NCBI GenBank assembly: GCA_002269645.1
Contig: NIVC01003952.1
Coordinates: 3,907-67,906, forward strand
Source of the DNA: Macrostomum lignano
Taxonomy: Eukaryota
DNA length: 64,000 nt
Direction of reading: 5' to 3'
Part shown: positions 60,350 to 64,000 of the stretch, piece by piece
Layout: each line of letters opens with the position of its first letter
Position numbering within the stretch: the first letter of the stretch is position 1
Made by a program: the position numbers and the translations under genes
The notes under the pieces: model-generated
Told to the model about the DNA's origin: nothing
Databases searched by the model: none
The model's input: only the letters and a program-made list of their open reading frames with translations

Positions 60350-62418
60350 CTCGTCTTTCAAAGCCAAACCGCCGTCCGAAGATCTGCTAATCGTCATCAG
60401 AAGGTCGGAGACGCTGCTGGCCACTGATGCTGCCGTGGAGGCGGCTGTCGTAGTCAATGTCGACGTTGCTGTAACAGCCGACGACGCTGCTGAGGACAGC
60501 GCTGCTGACGTTGGTGCAGCTGTCGAAGTTGAAGACGTTGAAGATACCGCCGCAGCCACTGCCACAGCGACCGAATCCGGCGATGGAAGAATTGATGCAG
60601 AAACAGTAGCAGATGGAGTACCGGCACTAGAAGCCACCGGTTGCTCCTGCTTCGGCTTCTGCTGTTGCTCTGGCTTTGCCTGCTGCTGAGGCGTCGCTGC
60701 AGAAGTCGTAGGCGGCGGCGACGCAGGCTTGGATACCTCTTCGAGCGGGATAATTTTTGGCTCCTCAGCGTCCGCATGCTCAACGTCAGGCTCAGCCGGA
60801 CTGGGTGGCACCGCTTCGCGGCTAAAATAAATCACCTGCAGAATGGCCTCCTGGCGCTTGGCCTGGCGGGCCCGCTCGTGGATTTCCGGCCGCTATTGGA
60901 CTCGCAGCGAACGGCGGCAGGTCGCTGATTGGCCGCGGCCGGTACCACTGCGGCGGCCGGCCCAGCTGCAGACGGTGCGGAGCCGCCGGGTTGCTTGAAG
61001 ACAAATCGGACGACGAATCGTCCATGGCCCCGTCCATTAGGCCCTCTTTGCGGGCTTTATTAAGCAATTCGCGCTCCCTGACGTGCTCCTGCTTGGACAT
61101 CTCTTCAACGCTCTGCCGATTGACATTGACTCGTTCGGTTTCGTCCAGCTCGAAGTAGGACACCTGCTCCAGCTCGCCGGCTGGCGCCCAGCTGACCCCG
61201 GCCGGACTTCTTGTTGCCGGAGGAGGCGGCAGCAGCTGACTCAGGCTTCTTCGGGCTTGTCGCCGATGATGAGTCAGGCTGAGCTGTCGTCGATTGCAGG
61301 CCGGCACGCAGGCGACTCGGGCGTTGTTGGCGTTGTTGCGTTGCTGTTGCCGCCGCTGTCCTTCTTCCGTTTTCGCACCAGCTTGGCGGAGCCACCGGCT
61401 GCGTGCTGTTGCTGCTGCTCAGTGCCGCCACCAGCGCCAGAATGGCCGCCATTGGAGAACAGCGAGTCCATGAAGCCGGAGTCCAGATGCAGCTCACCGG
61501 CTGGCCGTTTCTTTTGCTGTTGCTGCTGTTGCTGCTGCTGCTGGTTGTTGCTGCTGCCGGGTATGCTTTTAGGAGAATCTGACGGCGTTGGCTTGACGCT
61601 GATAGACGCGTGAATAGACTCAGGTCCGTGTCCGGTCGCTTCCGTTTCGCCGCGGACGGACCTTCGACGGCTTCGCTTTTAAATTTTGACGAGGAAGCAG
61701 CGGCGCCAGCTCCGGATGACGACGACGACGACGGCGAGGACGATGTCAGCTCGTCCGAGGCGAGCAGGTTGGTGTCGCGAAAATGCGACGGAGCGGTGCG
61801 GGCAGTCGATGGTATCTTACGCGGCTGCTGTTGCTTCTTCTCAGACTGCTTCTCAGTTGAACGTCGCTGCTGCTGCTGCTGCTGCTCTTCGCCACCGCTG
61901 TCCAGCCGTTTTCTCTTGTGCTCGGAAGGACCGGTGCCTTTCTCGCTAGCCGGCAACGACGCCTGCTGCGGCTGAGGCGGCAGTTCCGCTTTGATCTGGT
62001 CCATCCACTTGTCAACTAGGCTGGCGGCCAGGTCAGACAGCTCGGCCTGGTTCTTTGGCCTTGGCAATCTGCTTCACCATCTTGGCTGAATCGTTGCTCC
62101 TTAGCATGTCCAGAGTGACGGGCAGGCGGTGGAACACCTCGAGCAGCAGCTTCTCCAGGCCCGGTTCTCATCTCGCCGGGCCTCCGCTAGCCACTGATTT
62201 AACAGCTGCCAGCCACCGTTCTTGCACAGCGCGGCCATCTTGTCCGTGGTCGTGTACTTGATCACGTTCAGCATGATGGCCTTGGCCACGAGTTTATTAG
62301 CCGACAGCATTCTGTCGTAGAGTTTCGGCACCGAGTCTGCCGCCCGGATGCCGCCATTTGAGTCGATCAGGCCGTCTCTGGCCAGCGACTTAAAATACTC
62401 AAGTCTTTGTTCGGTTGC
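60350..62418 (-). CDS. PPP1R10: PP1 nuclear-targeting subunit PNUTS, large exon (TFIIS-N-like domain, PP1-binding region); several frameshifts in this sequence
   Basis: GGWQLLNQWL...LPVTLDML..NDSAKMVKQI...LAASLVDKWM; LDSGFMDSL..KLVRKRKK; VSW..YFELDETERVNVN; EPD...PKIIPLEE. tttcag| acceptor and |GTGAGT donor. The motifs fall in different frames. Confidence 0.88.
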
Positions 62419-62689
62419 CTGAAATATGCAGCGAATGAGGATTTAGCTCGTAGTTCAGACTTTGAAATTTAGCTTATTCTTTGTGGCGTCATATTTACGA
62501 TACATGCGACTTTTACAACTCAGTGACGGAAAACTGTTTAGTATATTAATATAACTAAAATGTCAATTCTAATTAATATAGCTAGCATTATAGACAGGAA
62601 ACCTAGCAACCTTCCTGGCCAATAGCGAAGCAATTCAAATAACACACAAATATGGAGGGGCGGCTGTGATGGAGGGCCAGTTGTAAATA

Positions 62690-63410
62690 GAAAGAAGCTG
62701 TAAATGAAGAGGAAACTGTGAATGGGGGGAAGCTGTGAATGGAGCGGCAGGTGTGAATGGGGAGGAAGCTGTAAATGGAGAGGAAACTGTGAATAGAGAG
62801 GAAACTGTGAATAGAGGGAAGGTGTGAATAAAGAGAAGCTGTGAATGGGGGAATATGTGAATGGAACGGCAGATGTGAATGGGGAGGAAGCTGTAAATGG
62901 AGAGGAAGCTGTAAATGGAGAGGAAGCTGTAAATAGAGGGAAGGTGTGAATTCAGGAAGCTGTGAATGGAGTGGAACCTGTGAATGGAAGGGAAGTTGTG
63001 AATGCAGGGAAGCTGTTAATGGGGGGAGCTGTGAATGGAGGGCCAGTTGTGAAGAGTAGAAAGTTGTGAACAGAGAGAATCTGTGAATACAGAGGAGCCG
63101 TGAATGGAGGGCCAGTTGTGAAGAGAAGGAAGCTGTGAAAGAGGGAAGCTGTGAATACAGGGAAGCTGTGAACAGAGGGAAGCTGTGAATCAAAAGCTGT
63201 GAATGAAAGGATGCTGTGAATGGAGGGAAGCTGGGAACAGGAAGCTGTGATGAAGGGATGCTGTGATTGGAAGGATGTTGTAAATAGGGGAAGTTGTAAA
63301 TGGGGGATACTGTGAATGGAGGGGAAGCTGCAAAGCAGAGAAGCTGTTAATGAAGGGCCAGTTGTGAAGAGAAGTAAGCTGTGAATGTAGGGGGAAGCTG
63401 TGAATGGTGC
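62690..63410. repeat. Degenerate GA-rich repeat with a GAAGCTGTGAATGG core
   Basis: Direct reading. Confidence 0.88.
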
Positions 63411-63459
63411 TATAGTCAATAACATTACATATGTACCTAATAACAAGATTTGGTTGAAT

Positions 63460-63562
63460 GGTCGTTCACACCGCCATCAATGAAATCATAAAAGTTATGA
63501 GTGATCATACATGAACTTTGCATACAAAAGCGTTTTCAATTTATTGGCGGCGTGAACAAGCC
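63460..63562. mobile_element. Degenerate related Harbinger-like MITE
   Basis: Ends GGTCGTTCACACCGCCATCAA / TTATTGGCGGCGTGAACAAGCC resemble the 53131 TIR; TSD not clean. Confidence 0.55.
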
Positions 63563-64000
63563 TTTATAATATATTTACTACTATATAAGTTCTTAGTTAA
63601 TAGAATTTAAAACTGATTACTTTCGACTTTTTTCGATGACAATACTTTTGCCTAATTTTCTTACTCTAAAGCCGACAGAAAGCCAATTAAAATAGCGCTA
63701 ACAGATCACTAATCTACTAACCATATACATTAAATATATAAAGATTATTAAGTTCGCTTATTTATAAAGTAAATCGCTGATTGAATTTGATAAATATATT
63801 CAACACTGATGTCCCATACTAACTACTGTTAGGCATAGCGGTGTTCACAATAGCTCGAAATTCCATAAGCTCGAATTTGATGCGTAACTTTGATTAGTGA
63901 TATTGATATTATGACGCAATAATATATATTTTCTGGTTTCAGAGCTGTGAATTGCACCTCAAGATATTGTCATATTTTGTCCATGTGTGAAATCATTCAG

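Overview
Eukaryotic (animal) genomic DNA, not prokaryotic. GC-rich exons with poly-Ala/Gln/Ser tracts are separated by AT-rich introns that are filled with tandem repeats and DNA transposons. This style suggests a free-living flatworm such as Macrostomum (inference only). Main contents: (1) a complete 12-coding-exon DENND5/Rab6IP1 gene on the minus strand (43585 to 19905, 4443 nt, 1480 aa), hand-spliced with consistent phases and no frameshift; (2) a PPP1R10/PNUTS gene on the minus strand (62418 to 57989) with about 8-10 single-base frame breaks; (3) a small spliced Cys-rich gene with a knottin-like domain and a second six-Cys domain (18045 to 15379); (4) two ~98% identical, oppositely oriented copies of an unrecognised promoter-plus-ORF cassette (~1.46-2.43 kb and ~53.4-54.37 kb); (5) an intronic tRNA-Ser(CGA), a tRNA-like relic, a tRNA-derived SINE and a 57-nt 28S rRNA fragment; (6) four mariner (DD34D-type) copies, one nesting a DD37E element and one nesting a hAT MITE, plus two Harbinger-like MITEs; (7) about 28 distinct tandem or low-complexity arrays. 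Most long ORFs in the supplied track are artefacts of these repeats. There is no CRISPR array. The best candidates for new biology are the duplicated orphan cassette and the Cys-rich precursor. Family assignments come from recalled motifs, not database searches.
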